In this document: positions 63,166 to 64,000 of the stretch, piece by piece
How positions within the stretch are numbered: the stretch's first letter is position 1
Layout of the letters: each line of letters opens with the position of its first letter
Source: Bacteroidales bacterium
Lineage (GTDB): Bacteria; Bacteroidota; Bacteroidia; Bacteroidales; PUMT01
Direction of reading: 5' to 3'
Assembly (NCBI GenBank): GCA_007134675.1
Contig: SLKJ01000012.1
Coordinates: forward strand, 6,513 to 70,512
DNA length: 64,000 nt
Notes under the pieces: model-generated
What the model was told of the DNA's origin: nothing
The model's database searches: none
Seen by the model: only the letters and a program-made list of their open reading frames with translations
Made by a program: the position numbers and the translations under genes

Positions 63166-63902
63166 GAGAGGAGCAGTTGGGTTAGTATCAGGTTAAACAG
63201 CAGTATCACAACACTGCTGTGCACCACGGCCATGGTGCTTGAGCGTCCCACCTCAAGGGCGCCTCCCCTGGTAAAATAACCGTGGTAGGATGAAACCGTG
63301 GTAATGATGAATGCGAAAACCACCGATTTGATGAGCGAATAGGTGATGTAGTAGGGGATAAAGGCATACTGGATCCCGTAAATATAGTCCGGCGTGGTGA
63401 CCACTCCAACTGCTGTGCCTGCGATCCACCCGCCGAAGATGCCGATCATCATGCTGAGTACAGAAAGAAAGGGGGCGAAGATCATTAAAGCAATGATCTT
63501 GGGCAGAATCAGGTATCCGGCCGAATTGACCCCCATTATCTCCAGGGCGTCTATCTGCTCGGTAATCCTCATGGTGCCTATTTCAGAGGCAATGTTTGAC
63601 CCTACTTTCCCGGCAAGTATGAGTGCCACAATAGTGCTTGAAAATTCAAGCAGTATGGAGTCGCGTGCAGCAAGTCCGATCAGGTATGTAGGTAGGAGGG
63701 GGCTCTCGGTGTTGTAGGCCGTCTGAATGGTTATGACCGCCCCCATAAAAAAGGAGATGATCGCTACTATGCCGGTTGAGTTAATACCAAGGACCTCCAT
63801 CTCCCTGATAAGCCGCGAATAATAGATGCTGTGCTTTTCAGGCCTGGCAAAAGCCCTTTTTATCAGAAGGGTATATCTTCCTATGTGATGCAGAAGGGTC
63901 AT
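63162..63902 (-). CDS. mlaE: ABC transporter permease, MlaE-like
   Basis: 246 aa with 5-6 TM helices. The MlaE-type N-terminus is YYSRLIREMEVLGINSTGIVAIISFFMGAVITIQ, with MRITEQIDALEIMGVN (compare the EQIDAL motif). Confidence 0.7.
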   Translation of the reverse strand: MTLLHHIGRYTLLIKRAFARPEKHSIYYSRLIREMEVLGINSTGIVAIISFFMGAVITIQTAYNTESPLLPTYLIGLAARDSILLEFSSTIVALILAGKVGSNIASEIGTMRITEQIDALEIMGVNSAGYLILPKIIALMIFAPFLSVLSMMIGIFGGWIAGTAVGVVTTPDYIYGIQYAFIPYYITYSLIKSVVFAFIITTVSSYHGYFTRGGALEVGRSSTMAVVHSSVVILLFNLILTQLLLS

Positions 63903-64000
63903 TGTCGGGAATCACAATTATCAGGTTTGAATTTGACCGGTCGTCAATAAGGTGCATGGAATGCCTCATATTGCAACTGATGTAAAAATAGTAATTTTTT

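Noticed and set aside
1-64000. tRNA, rRNA or other structured RNA genes in intergenic gaps
   Set aside because: I scanned the gaps longer than 100 nt by eye and saw no T-loop (GGTTCGAATCC-like) or cloverleaf signatures and no rRNA-like stretches. Only the metK leader is kept, as a low-confidence RNA candidate.

Overview
This 64-kb chromosomal window reads as a Bacteroidota genome. The supporting signals are a type-B T9SS C-terminal domain, a PorP/SprF gene, a GldA-like ABC ATPase, DUF4296/DUF4834-type small proteins, sigma-54, signal peptides cleaved just before Gln, and TAnnTTTG -7 boxes. I call about 47 densely packed protein-coding genes. I found no rRNA, tRNA, CRISPR array, transposase or integrase. 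From left to right the window contains: (1) a Crp/Fnr regulator and a five-gene PAS/histidine-kinase/receiver cluster; (2) a polysaccharide-type region (wecB, DUF354, polyprenyl-phosphate sugar transferase) that encloses an unusual PqqD-like(RRE)::HPr-kinase-like fusion next to an NTP_transf_5-type nucleotidyltransferase; (3) housekeeping genes (cysQ, zupT, trpS, rbfA, rpoN, asnS, metK, PPK2, Usp, KAS III, mlaEF); (4) a 1.3-kaa SprB-repeat adhesin with a type-B CTD, coupled to its PorP/SprF gene. The most interesting part is (5), a six-gene same-strand envelope locus at 45.9-58.8 kb. It encodes a membrane-anchored beta-propeller protein, then a tandemly duplicated pair of a ~690-aa lipoprotein and a PorP-like predicted outer-membrane barrel, then a PorE-like propeller/CRD/OmpA_C protein. 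One of the two barrels carries an EP-rich linker plus a SPOR domain. I consider this locus the best candidate for an undescribed system, either a T9SS-accessory module or an OM-peptidoglycan tethering module. The window also contains many short tandem repeats: in-frame 15-bp arrays in three unrelated genes, 45-bp and 237-bp coding repeats, and 19-22-bp intergenic arrays upstream of genes. All functional calls come from motif-level reading of the supplied translations and the DNA. No database search, HMM or structure prediction was possible, and family names are recollection-based assignments.
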